A stretch of DNA of 64,000 nt, taken from assembly GCA_964016885.1 (NCBI GenBank), contig OZ024760.1, forward strand, positions 31,806,001 to 31,870,000, read 5' to 3'. Source of the DNA: Eledone cirrhosa. Lineage: Eukaryota. The position numbers and the translations under genes are program-made. Shown here one piece after another: positions 25,907 to 37,236 of the stretch (positions are counted from its first letter, which is position 1; every line of letters starts with the position of its first letter). The notes beneath the pieces are model-generated. The model saw nothing but the letters and a program-made list of their open reading frames with translations, did not search any database and was not told where the DNA came from.

Positions 25907-28270
25907 TAACATTAACATTTCGCCTTGTCTAATATAGGTATTCCTACCGGCCTATTTTGCCCTGAGATGCTATAGGCCATGATGGCTACCCACCTCTCTC
26001 TCTCTCACACTCTCACTCTATCTCTCTAAGCCACCTATTACCTCCCTTTTCCTTTCATTCATTCATTCCTCACTCATCTTGAAGTTCTTCAAGAGATAAG
26101 ACACACTTGATTCTGAAAGGCTAAAAATGAATACTAGAGCTAAACCACGTTCCAACCATCCATCCATATCTTCCAGGTATCTCTCTATTTCCCAATTGCA
26201 AATGTTCCGCTTTATTATTGTTGTATTTATCATTTCACTAGCCTCCACAACACATTTACTTTTTACCCTCGTTTTCTTTTCCCATGCTGTCTCTCTACGA
26301 AGTCATCTACTCCCTTCCTCTCTCTTACACTATTATTAGTGTTGTATTTATCATTTCGCTGTCTCTACGAAGTCATCTACTCCCTTCGAAATCCTAACAT
26401 TAACATTTCGCCTTGCCTAATATAGGTACACCTATCGGTTTATTTTGCCCTGTGATGCTATAGGCCATGATGGCTACCTATCTCACAATTTCCCTCACAC
26501 TACCATAGCCTATTCGACCAATCAAACCTCAGCATGTCCCCCCACCCATTACAACCCCAACAAACCCTGCCATTTCTACTACTACTTACCTCCCTCCTCA
26601 CCTGTCCCAGCCCCAACAAACCCTGCCATTATTACCACCACCACTGTTCTTCTAGCCCTGAATTTTCCTACCGTTATGTATGGATGAGCTGAGAATAAAT
26701 GGAGCAACCCCGAAATAATAAATGAATATGAATCCGCAAGCTACCAGGAACCCATGAGAAGCTTCAATTCAGAGACAGGAAGCACACGCACACCCCTGCA
26801 AAAATCGACCTTTCCCCACGAATGTTGACAAATGCCCCAAACTCCGAGTTGGTACCATCAATGTAAGCACAATGAAAGGAAGAGCAGGAGAAATCGTAGA
26901 TATGCTAGAGCGAAAGGAAATTGATGTGTGTTGTGTGCAAGAGACTAGATGGAGAGGAGAGTCTGCTAGAGACAAATTTTTCTGGGTGGGAAATGACGAT
27001 GGGATGGGTGGTGTAGATATCCTACTAACTGACAAGTGGGTAGATAAGGTAATCTCAGTGAACAGGGTGAATGCAAGAATCATTAAACTCAGACTAGTCC
27101 TGAATAAAACAATTACCACAATAAGTAGACGAGAAAACAGAACCCAGATCCCCTCAGGGAAATGGCCTTGTTCAGTATGTAGGAAAGGTGTAGGTAGGAA
27201 CTCCATTCTCTGCCCCAAATGCAAACAATGGGTACACAAGAGATGTAGCGGGATCTCAGGAAGCTTAACTAAGAATGTAGGCTTCACATGCAGCAGCCGT
27301 GCTGGGACAGCAAGCAGCAAACAGCCACAAGAAACAAGTACCACCAATCTCTGGGAGGGCTCTGTAAAAACAGTAGACAGCTTCTGCTACCTAGGTGACC
27401 GAATTAGCAGCGGAGGTGGGTGTTCGGAAAGTACAATAACTAAGCTAAGAATGGGATGGAAGAAGTTCAGGGAGCTACTGCCACTGCTAGCTGCAAAAGA
27501 CTTTTCCCTCAAAATGAAAGGCAGACTGTATGATGCGTGTATACAAACAGCAATGTTACATGGTAGTGATACCTGGGCATTGTCTGTGGAACACTTGCAT
27601 AGACTAGAAAGAAACGAAGCCTGCATGCTCCGATGGATGTGTAATAGTAATATACGCGAATGGCAAAGCATAAATGAATTGAGAGAGAGACTGAGCATAA
27701 GAGGAATCAAATGCTGTGTGCAGGAGAGGCGGTTGCGTTGGTATGGACATGTGATGCATCTGAAGGATGACAGCTGCATAAAAAGGTGCAGAGCACTAGA
27801 AGTCATTGGAAACCGCGGAGTGGGGAGACCCAAGAAGACCTGGGATGAGGTGATAAAAGCCGACCTTACCCAATTACTCTTCTCAAAGGCGATGACACAC
27901 GACCGTGACTTCTGGCGTCACGCAGTAATACAGAGTACCCGACCTCCCATGGGTACAAGCCGAAGCTGAAGCATATAGACTATATACCCCCCACACCCTC
28001 CCACTGCAAAGTGGTCGTGGAGGTGCCACAGCAAAAAAGCACCCAGCCAACACTGTAAAGTGGACATGTAGTTGCCACGGAAAAAAAGCACCCAGCACTC
28101 ACTGTAAATGAGGTTGGTGTTAGGAAGGGCATCCAGCTGTAGAAATCAAGTCTGAATCAGTTCCCGTATGAGCAAGACAAGGTCAGCCGACCGGACACTG
28201 CCCACAACAGGACAACCCGTCTAACCCATGCTAGCGTGGAAGAACGGATGTAAAACGGTGATGATGATGA
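25903..28270 (+). mobile_element. RTE LINE subfamily A retaining its 5' region, with the RT domain deleted
   Basis: APE N-terminus (LRVGTINVSTM...DVCCVQETRWRG) is fused at about 27123 to the post-RT Cys finger and C-terminus, followed by 3' UTR and (GAT)n tail. The 5' boundary is uncertain. Confidence 0.85.
26872..27969 (+). pseudogene. 365-codon open frame: truncated APE fused to PHD-like finger and RTE C-terminus
   Basis: ORF track. It lacks all RT motifs seen in the 17939-20680 copy. Confidence 0.8.
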
Positions 28271-28527
28271 TATATATATATATATATATAGATATATAGT
28301 AATAATAATAAATGTGAAGGCTAAAATCCAAAGAGGGCTCGATAATTATGAATATATATCAAATATATATGAACCCTAGAGCAAATATTTATTAAAATAA
28401 CAGATTGAAGTTTAAGCAAAGAATAGATATATATACAATACATAATTCCGAGAGACTAGAACAGTTTAAATATTGATGGCCAAATGGACTACGAAAGGAG
28501 ATACAAGAAAATTGAAGAACTTCCATT

Positions 28528-28625
28528 TCTGCCAGATACAATCCTATATGAGCGAGACATGGTCACCCAATCAATCTTGCCTTAAGTGGGACAATTCCCG
28601 TCTAACCCATGCTAGCGTGATGATA
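28528..28625 (+). mobile_element. RTE-B 3' tail fragment
   Basis: Matches 36165-36255. Confidence 0.75.
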
Positions 28626-28636
28626 TATATATATAT

Positions 28637-28810
28637 AGTGGTTAGAGTTTTAGTCTCACAATGATTAAGGTTGTGAGTTTGAATCCTGCACCAGGCAGTG
28701 CATTGTGACCTTGAGCAAGACTCTTTGTTTTACAAACCTCCATTCATCTCATTCAGTCAAAATTAGTTGTTGATGACACTAGTACCAAGCTGTATTGACC
28801 TTGGACAACA
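28637..28810 (+). mobile_element. Decayed tRNA-derived SINE related to family 2
   Basis: AGTGGTTAGAG...GAGTTTGAATCC (B box)...CCTTGAGCAAGAC. Confidence 0.6.
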
Positions 28811-28817
28811 CAGAAAA

Positions 28818-30075
28818 CACACCACCACCACCACCACTACCACAACTCCCCACTACCACTACCACCACCACCACTACCACCACCACCACTACCACAACTC
28901 CCCACCACCACTACCACTACCACCACTACCACCACCACCACCACCACAACTCCCCACCACCACTTCTACCACCACCACCACCACTACCACAACTCCCCAC
29001 CACCACTACACTACCACAACTCCCCACCACCACCACTACCACAACTCCCCACCACCACCACTACACTACCACAACTCCCCACCACCACCACTACCACAAC
29101 TCCCCACCACCACTACACTACCACGACTCCCCACCACCACCACTACCACAACTCCCCACCACCACCACTACACTACATCAACTATTTTTATTCCTAGTTT
29201 TATATTTACCATTATTTTGTTTGTTTTACTTTTAGTTTTAGTATTTATAGAATACTGAAGATTCTTTACCAAACAACCGCAGTCTCTCTCTCACCCCCCC
29301 TCTCTCTCTCACCCCCTCTCTCTCTCTCACCCCCTCTCTCTCTCACCCCCTCTCTCTCTCACCCTCTCTCCCTCACCCCCTCTCTCTCTCACCCCCTCTC
29401 TCTCTCACACACCCTCTCTCTCTCCCCTCTCTCTCTCTCACCACCCTCTCTCTCTCACCCTCTCTCTCTCACCCTCTCTCTCTCTCACCCTCTCTCTCTC
29501 ACCCCCTCTCTCTCTCACCCCCTCTCTCTCTCACCCCTCTCTCTCTCACCCTCTCTCTCTCTCTCACACCCCCTCTCTCTCACCCTCTCTCTCTCACCCC
29601 TCTCTCTCTCACCCCCTCTCTCTCACCCTCTCTTTCTCTCACACCCCCTCTCTCTCACCCTCTCTCTCTCACACCCCCTCTCTCTCTCACCCCTCTCTCT
29701 CTTACCCCCTCTCTCTCCCCCCCTCTCTCTCACCCTCTCTCTCTCACCCCCTCTCTCTCTCTCACCCCTCTCTCTCTCACACCCCCTCTCTCTCTCACCC
29801 TCTCTTTCTCTCACACCCCCTCTCTCTCTCACCCCCCTCTCTCTCACCCCCTCTCTCACCCCCATCCCCCCTCTCTCTCAACCCCTCTCTCACCCCCTCC
29901 CCACCCCACTCTCTCAACCCCTCTCTCTCTCACACCCACTCTCTGTCTCTCTCACTTACACTTTCTCTCACTTACACTTACACCCTCTCTTTCTCTTTGT
30001 CTCTCACCCCCCCTCTCCCTGTCTCTCACACTTACACCTTTCTCTTACCCTCTCTCTCACCTTTACCCTCTCTTC
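28818..30075. repeat. CAC-rich minisatellite (28818-29178) and CT-rich CTCTCTCTCACCC repeat (29283-30075)
   Basis: Read directly. Confidence 0.95.
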
Positions 30076-30089
30076 TTTCTGCTCCTTAT

Positions 30090-30252
30090 GGATTGGCAGT
30101 AATTGGTAGAGCGTCAGACACCCTGCTTCGCAGCATAGAGTTATGGCTCTTTACATTCTGAGTTCAAATCCCGTTAAGATTAGCTTTACCTTTCCTCCTT
30201 ATTAGGTTGATAAAATAAAGTACCAGTAACACACTGGGGTCAATTTAATCAA
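30090..30252 (+). mobile_element. SINE family 1, decayed
   Basis: GGATTGGCAGTAATTGGTAGAG...GAGTTCAAATCCC...GATAAAATAAAGTACCAGT. Confidence 0.8.
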
Positions 30253-30310
30253 ATGGGCATTAAACGGTGATGATGATATTTATATCTACACACACATATA
30301 CCTACATATG

Positions 30311-30608
30311 TTGAGAGACCCTCTAGTCTTCATTAAGACATCTCTCTGGGAGAAGGTCCCTCTCATATAAAACCTGTCACTTCGTTTACATCCAAATGCA
30401 TTCCAGGTTCAGAGAGTGGGATTGGCTCTGTGCAAAGCCTTTCCTCACTTAAAAAAGCTTCAAGCACAGGCATCGCTTGATATGTGACATTTATAGCGAT
30501 GATGGTATTGCTGGCCATGGGCAAGTCCCTAGCAGGACTAAAAAGCCACATCTGTGATGCTTAAGTATCAAGCGATGGCATTACTCGAAATCAAGTAGCA
30601 GTCATCAT
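30311..30608 (+). mobile_element. Decayed derivative of a second RTE-like family
   Basis: Colinear similarity to 31263-31675 (GGAGAAGG, GAGAGTGGGA, AAAAGCTTCA, GGACTAAAAAG, TACTCGAAA). Confidence 0.5.
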
Positions 30609-30609
30609 G

Positions 30610-30666
<57 letters not shown>

Positions 30667-30952
30667 AGTATATGTGTGTGTGTATGTTTTTCTATCATTC
30701 CACTCTATCTAAAACTCTACCAACAGAACACAAGTTGTAAGCTAGTATAAAGATCTTGAGATACTAAGTTGTACTTTGCCAAAGTTAACAGAAATGATAT
30801 GTACTTTGGAACAACGACTGCTACCACCATAACACCACTACCCCCCACCCCCGGCTCTTCCTTTTTATCCCCCCCTCCACCATTTCTATATAATGTATAT
30901 TTTCTATTCCCCATCTCTTTCTTTCACTCTTTATATGTGTGTGTGTGTATAT

Positions 30953-31021
<69 letters not shown>

Positions 31022-31262
31022 TCATCATCATCATCATCATCGTTTAACGTCCATTTTCCATGCTAGCATGGGTCTATATATATATAAATATGTGTCTATA
31101 TATATATAAATATAGGTCTATATATATATAAATATGTGTGTGTGTGTGTGCGTGTTTATGTGTGTATGTATGTAGGTATATGTATGTAAGTATGTATATG
31201 TTTGTGTATGTGTGTTGGTGTGTGTGTATGCATGTATGTATGCATGTATGTATGCATGTATA

Positions 31263-31675
31263 TCCGGGAGAGATGACCCCTTAGCCTTTGTCAAGGCAGA
31301 ATTCTAGGAGAAGGAAAACTCTGATATAACACCTGCAACCCTGATGGTATCCAATGATGTTGACTTGTTCTTCTTTTTGGTAAATATCATCTTGGTTAAG
31401 AGAGTGGGACTGGCTTTGTGCAGTGCATTTGCTCACTATAAAAGCTTCACGGCACAGGCATTGCTTTATATCTGGAGATCTCTGTGCACTTGTCATCACA
31501 TGGTACCAAGGGCCCAGCACTATGTGTCAATAATTGTCACAAGTGTAGTGTTTGTACCAGAGTTTTCAAGTCGATGGCTGGACTAAAAAGTCACACTCGT
31601 TGAGCGCATCGGTAGGGGTTCTCCTACATGGATAAAAAGTAGTGGCTGTACTCGAAAACAAGTTGGCAGCCACCA
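31263..31675 (+). mobile_element. Decayed RTE-like 3' end with C2H2 zinc finger remnant
   Basis: About 31545-31610 translates CSVCTRVFKSMAGLKSHTR*AH, the C-terminal C2H2 finger found in some RTE ORFs. Confidence 0.6.
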
Positions 31676-32284
31676 CATATGTATGTATGTGTGTGTGCAT
31701 GCATGTATGTAGATATGCATGCATGTATGTAGATATGCATGCATGTATGTATGCATTTATGCATGTATATATGTATGTATATGTGTGTATGTATGTATAT
31801 ATATATGTGTATATGCATGTATATGAATATGTATGTTATGTAATAAACTTTATTATATCAAAACTGCATGTCTTTGGTTGACATATATTAAGTCAACCAT
31901 CCAAATAGGATGCAGCAAGATTTGAATTTAAGCAGCAAACACCCGGAACAAATGTGGAAAAATATTCCATTGAACACTTTAACAATTCTACTGGTCAAAC
32001 ACCCTATATGGTATATCTTTCCCTAGATTGACCACCAGCCTAAACTGACCACCACCCTAAACTGTGTCAACCACCCTAGACTGTGTCAACCACTCTAGAC
32101 TGTCAACCACCCTTGACTGTCTCCTTTTCCAGACTGACCACCACCCTAGAGAGATATTTTTTGTCCCCCCCCCCTACACCCACACACCCACACCCACACC
32201 CACCCACCTCACTCTATAGGATGAAAAGCTGGATTTGAACTCAGTATCTACCATTCACTGCCTTCTCTCTCTCCCCCTCTCTCT

Positions 32285-32830
32285 CTACCACCACTGTTAC
32301 ACCACCACCGTTACATCACCACCACCACCACCACCACTGTTACACCACCACCACCACCACCTCTATTACACCACCACCACCACCTCAATTACACCACCAC
32401 CACCACCACCACCAACATTACACCACCATCTCCACCACTGTTACACCACCACCACCACCTCTATTACACCACCACCACCACCATCATTACTACAGTATGT
32501 TTGCTGAGTAATGTCTTAGCTATGCAGGCTGACTACATCTGTAAGTCTATCCTGTAGCTATCCAGGGAAGACTGACTGACAGACAGACAGACAGACACAC
32601 AGGCAGACAGGCAGACAGACAGACACACAGACAGACTGGCTGGCTGACTGACAAACTGGCAGACAGTCAGACAGACAGATAGACTGACAGACAGATAGAC
32701 TGACAGACAGACTGACACACAGATAGACTGGCTGACTGACAGACAGAGAGACAGACAGACAGACAGACAGACTGACAGATAGACACACAGACAGTTAGAT
32801 AGACAGACTGACAGATACAAACTGGCTGGG
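32285..32830. repeat. (CAC)n (32285-32487) and (GACA)n (32570-32830) microsatellites
   Basis: Read directly. Confidence 0.9.
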
Positions 32831-32882
32831 AGATATGAATATATATATATATATATATAAAACGGTGATGATGATGATGATG

Positions 32883-32927
<45 letters not shown>

Positions 32928-32940
32928 GGTGATGATGATG

Positions 32941-33112
32941 AAATTATTTCAAGGGTTCTCTACCAACATTTCAAGGGCCCCGTTGAGCCACAGATTACAG
33001 AGTCGGGTAAGATCGACACAGATCGAACCTTGAGCTGATCAGTGGTGAAACGCGTGTCACCAACCAATAAACGTAATGAAGGAGTAACCAATCGTCCTTG
33101 TTATCTTTTCAC
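32941..33112 (+). mobile_element. PLE pLTR-like fragment with decayed hammerhead
   Basis: CcGuUGA-gCCACaGAUUA...UGAUCaGUGGu-GAAA-CGCGUG-UC, then AATAAA. The stem II loop is similar to 45135-45165. Confidence 0.5.
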
Positions 33113-33330
33113 TATATATATATATATACATACACGCACACACATGTACACAAACACACACACACACATGTACACAAACACACACACATGATTAAATACA
33201 CCCAGTACACTCTGTAAAGTGGTAGTGATGGTATCACAATGTGTGTGTCTGTGTGCTTCTATCTGTGCCTCTGTGTGTGTGTGTGTCTGTATGTGTTTAT
33301 CTGTGTCTCTGCATATATATAGGAACAGTT

Positions 33331-33376
<46 letters not shown>

Positions 33377-33457
33377 TATATATTCAAAACAACAAACAGC
33401 GGAGGACGCGTTTTGCACCTTTCCGACAGACAACCTTTCCCCCACCCCGGAAAAAGC

Positions 33458-33493
33458 CCCCAGTTGATGGATGTGAATCCGAAATATATAGGG
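33458..33493 (+). ncRNA. Decayed hammerhead-like motif
   Basis: CCC-CaGuUGA-u-GGAU guga AUCC-GAAA-UAUAUA-GGG, with two core substitutions and a shortened stem III. Confidence 0.35.
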
Positions 33494-33702
33494 ACAATTA
33501 AATCTTTCCCAAGGTAACTCTCTCTCGTGTTATTTTTATTTTATCCTTTATACTCTTTCCTTCATTCCTCTACACGTCTTATACACACCACGCATCTCAA
33601 CGTACACCCACTTACATCTCTCTCTCCACCACCGGATCTTGTTACCCGGAGATTTACCCATTTGCATTGTCGAGACTTCCAAACGACTTAAAGATATTTA
33701 CG

Positions 33703-33734
<32 letters not shown>

Positions 33735-33783
33735 TATATTATTCAAAATATTAATAAATGGATACATTTACATCATCAAAATA

Positions 33784-33855
33784 TATGTTTTATTATATAT
33801 ATTTCGGAGGTACCGTGCTGCTTTTTCAGTACGTCCTCATCAGATAAAATACATA
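33784..33855 (-). ncRNA. Minimal type I hammerhead ribozyme motif, intact
   Basis: Minus strand reads UAUG ua UUUUAU-CUGAUGA-GGA c GUACUG aaaaagcagca CGGUAC c UCC-GAAA-UAUAUA-UA-AUAAAA CAUA. Predicted cut between 33794 and 33793. It lies in a ~180-bp island between (TA)n tracts. Confidence 0.88.
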
Positions 33856-33909
33856 AATTGATGTATGACATACCCCAACTGTGCTGATGGTTCAATTCCA
33901 GTCTTGGCT

Positions 33910-33960
<51 letters not shown>

Positions 33961-33973
33961 AACTGTTCCTATC

Positions 33974-36290
33974 AAAGATATGAAGACAGGCAAGGTAGCT
34001 GGGCCTTCGGAGATAGTTGCTGAGATGTTGAAGGCATCTGGTATGGTGGGACACACTATGGTCACCCGTATAGTTAATCAAGTAATACAGTATGGGGTCA
34101 TACCAAAAGACTGGCATAGCAGCATCATCATTAAATGCTACAAGGGTAAAGGGGATACTGTAGATAGGGGAAACTATAGAGGCATTAAGTTAATTGACCA
34201 GGTCATGAAGGTCACAGAAAGAGTTATAGCGCAACTAATCAGAGAGCGAATTGATCTAGATGAAATGCAGTTTGGGTTTGTGTCAGGTAAAAGTACCACA
34301 GACGCTCTTTTCCTTGTACGACAACTACAGGAGAAGTACCTAGCTAAAAGTAAACCCCTCTACTTAGCTTTTGTAGACCTGGAGAAAGCTTTTGACAGAG
34401 TCCCCCGCTCCATTATCTGGTGGGCTCTTAGAAAACTAGGTGTAGATGAATGGCTTGTGAGAGCTATACAAGCTATGTATAATGAAACAGTCAGTAAGGT
34501 TAGAATTAACAATGAATATTGTGAAGAATTTAGTGTAAAAGTTGGTGTTCATCAAGGCTCTGTCCTTAGCACCCTCTTATTTATTATTGCCCTTCAGGCT
34601 ATAACAGAAAAGTTCAAGACCGGCTGCCCATGGGAACTCCTATACGCAGATGATCTAACGCTCATAGCTGAATCAATGGCTGAACTAGAGAAGAAATTTG
34701 AAACATGGAAGCACGGCCTAGAATCAAAAGGCCTTAAAGTTAACTTGTCTAAGACTAAAGTTCTAGTTTGTAGAAAGGAAAATAGGGCACAGGTGCCCTC
34801 AGGGAAATGGCCATGCTCAGTGTGTAGGAAAGGAGTAGGCAGAAATTCCATTTTATGTCCCAAATGCAAAGTATGGGTACATAAAAGATGTAGTGGGATC
34901 ACAGGTAAACTATCTAAGAACATAGACTTTATATGTAGCCAATGCTAAGGTGCAATAAGTAGCAAGTGTCCAAAGGATGCTAGCTCCTTCTATTGCCCAG
35001 ATGGTTCTATAGAAATAGTAGACACTTTCCGTTACCTGGGTGACGAAATCAGCAGTGGTGGAGGGTGTTTGAAAGTACAGTAGCCAGAGTCATAACGGGT
35101 TGGAAAAAGTTCAGAGAGCTTATACCGCTGTTGGCCACAAAAGGGTTCTCTCTAAAAATGAAAGGCAGATTGTATGATGCCAGTATACGAACAGCAATGC
35201 TACATGGCAGTGAGACATGGGCATTACGTGCAGAGGACCTGCGTAGACTGGAAAGGAATGAAGCATGAATACTCCGTTGGATGTGTAATAGTAATATACG
35301 TGTAGCGGTTCTCTCCCTTGTTTGGATTAACATCTAGACGGGAAGTAGAACCCTTTCTGTAACTTCCGGTCAGAACCCTATAAAACTAACAACCTTAAGT
35401 TCTCACTCTCTCATTGCCCTTCCGGCGCCTGGCTTTCGCCAGGCGTCCTCTGCCAACCGCGTTTGCCTGGCAATCAAAACGGTAACGACTAACTTTGTTT
35501 CATTCTATCATCTATTTCTTTGACATGTCAACTATACTATCTACCATTGTTAATTAAATATTATACACACAAACCATGTCTCGTTTTGTTACATTCATAC
35601 AATCCCACTATCTTCGCTACATACGTGAACGGCAAAGCATAAATGAACTAAGTGAGAAATTAGGAATAAGAGGGATCAGATGCTGTTTACTTGAGAGAAG
35701 ACTACGTTGGTATGGTCACGTGATGCGCATGAAAGACGACAGCTGTATAAAAAAGTGCAGGCGATCAAAATTGATGGTAGTGACAGAGTAGGCAGACCCA
35801 GAAAAACCTGGGATGACTTGATAAATTCCGACCTCACACACTTACACCTCTCTAAGACAATGTCACTGGACCGAGATCTTTGGCGCTACACAGTAATACA
35901 GAAGACCCGCCTTGCCTAAGTACAAAGTGAAACCTACAGTCAGTAGGCACCTCTTAACCAAATATACACCCCAATCCACTACCCCCACTCTATCCTCCCA
36001 CTCCCACCAACAGCACGAGATAATGAGATCGAGATCGTGTAGGTGTCACAACAAAAACACACAGTCCACGCTGTAATGTGGCCGTGTAGGTAACACGGTA
36101 AAAAGTTCCCAGTTCCACACTGTAAATGTAGTTGGTGTTAGGAAGGGCATCCAGCCGTAGAAAACCTGCCAGATAGTCCTATATGAGCAAGACATGGTCA
36201 CCTGACCAACCTTGCCTCAAATTGGGACAACTCTCGTCTAACCCATGCAAGCATGGAAAATGGACGTTAAACGATGATGATGATGATGAT
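33974..36290 (+). mobile_element. RTE LINE subfamily B, 5'-truncated, with long TSD and nested solo LTR
   Basis: Open RT frame to 34948 (YADD), complete C4HC3 finger and (GAT)n tail. ATATATAGGAACTGTTCCTAT flanks both ends. Confidence 0.95.
35301..35621 (+). mobile_element. Solo LTR (321 bp, 4-bp TSD, Gypsy-like) inside the RTE
   Basis: TACG|TGTAGCG ... CGCTACA|TACG, with internal TATAAAA and ATTAAA. The RTE reading resumes exactly after the TSD. Confidence 0.85.
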
Positions 36291-36306
36291 ATATATAGGA
36301 ACTGTT

Positions 36307-36340
<34 letters not shown>

Positions 36341-36356
36341 AACTGTTCCTATATAT

Positions 36357-36700
36357 CATCATCATCATCATCATCATTTTGCGTCCACTTTTCCCTGCTT
36401 GCAAGGGTGGGACGGGAACTGATTCTGGCTTGATTTCTACAGTTGAATGCCCTTCCTAACACCAACCTCATTTACAGTGAGTGCTGGGTGCTTTTTTGCC
36501 GTGGCACCTCCACGACCACTTTGCAGTGGAATGATATGGATCCCAGTCCCTATCATCTCATTTCTACAGCTGAGTAAACTGGAGCAATGTGAAATAAAGT
36601 GTCTTGCTCAAGGAAACAACACATCGCCTGGTCTGAGAATTGAACTCACAGCCTTTCGATTGCAAGCCCAATGCTCTAACCACTAAGCCATGTGCCTCCA
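36357..36700 (-). mobile_element. SINE family 2, full length
   Basis: GGAGGCACATGGCTTAGTGGTTAGAGC (A box)...GAGTTCAATTCTC (B box), with an RTE-like 3' tail and (GAT)n. Confidence 0.88.
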
Positions 36701-37125
36701 TATATATATATGTATATATATATGTATATGTATGTGTGTGTGTGTATATGTATGTGTGTGTGTGTATATATATGTGTGTATGTGTGTATAAAAAGTGTAA
36801 ATACACCCTCTAAAATTTGAAACAACTAACTAGTGTACATTTTATTTCATATGTACTGTGTATTGTACTCTCTCTCTCGCTGTATATATATATGATATAT
36901 ATATCAGATATATATATTTGTACTATATATATATACACACAATATACTCTATCTGTACAGTGTATATATAGACACTAAAGATAAGTAAAATCCTTATAGC
37001 TTTATATACAACAACTAGGGTGTTCTAATCTTATCTTTAGTGTGAATACTAACAATCATCATCATTGTTATAACATCACTTCTACTGTAGGCAAGGGCTG
37101 GACCTATAGGGAATATATATATATA

Positions 37126-37185
<60 letters not shown>

Positions 37186-37236
37186 TAGAGATGAGATTGA
37201 TAGTGAGGAAAAGAATAGGGTTATTAACAGTGCAAG

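Noticed and set aside
33881-34948. Intact reverse transcriptase gene
   Set aside because: The start lies in flanking TA repeat, the element is 5'-truncated, and it has a premature stop at 34946-34948 plus downstream frameshifts and an LTR insertion.
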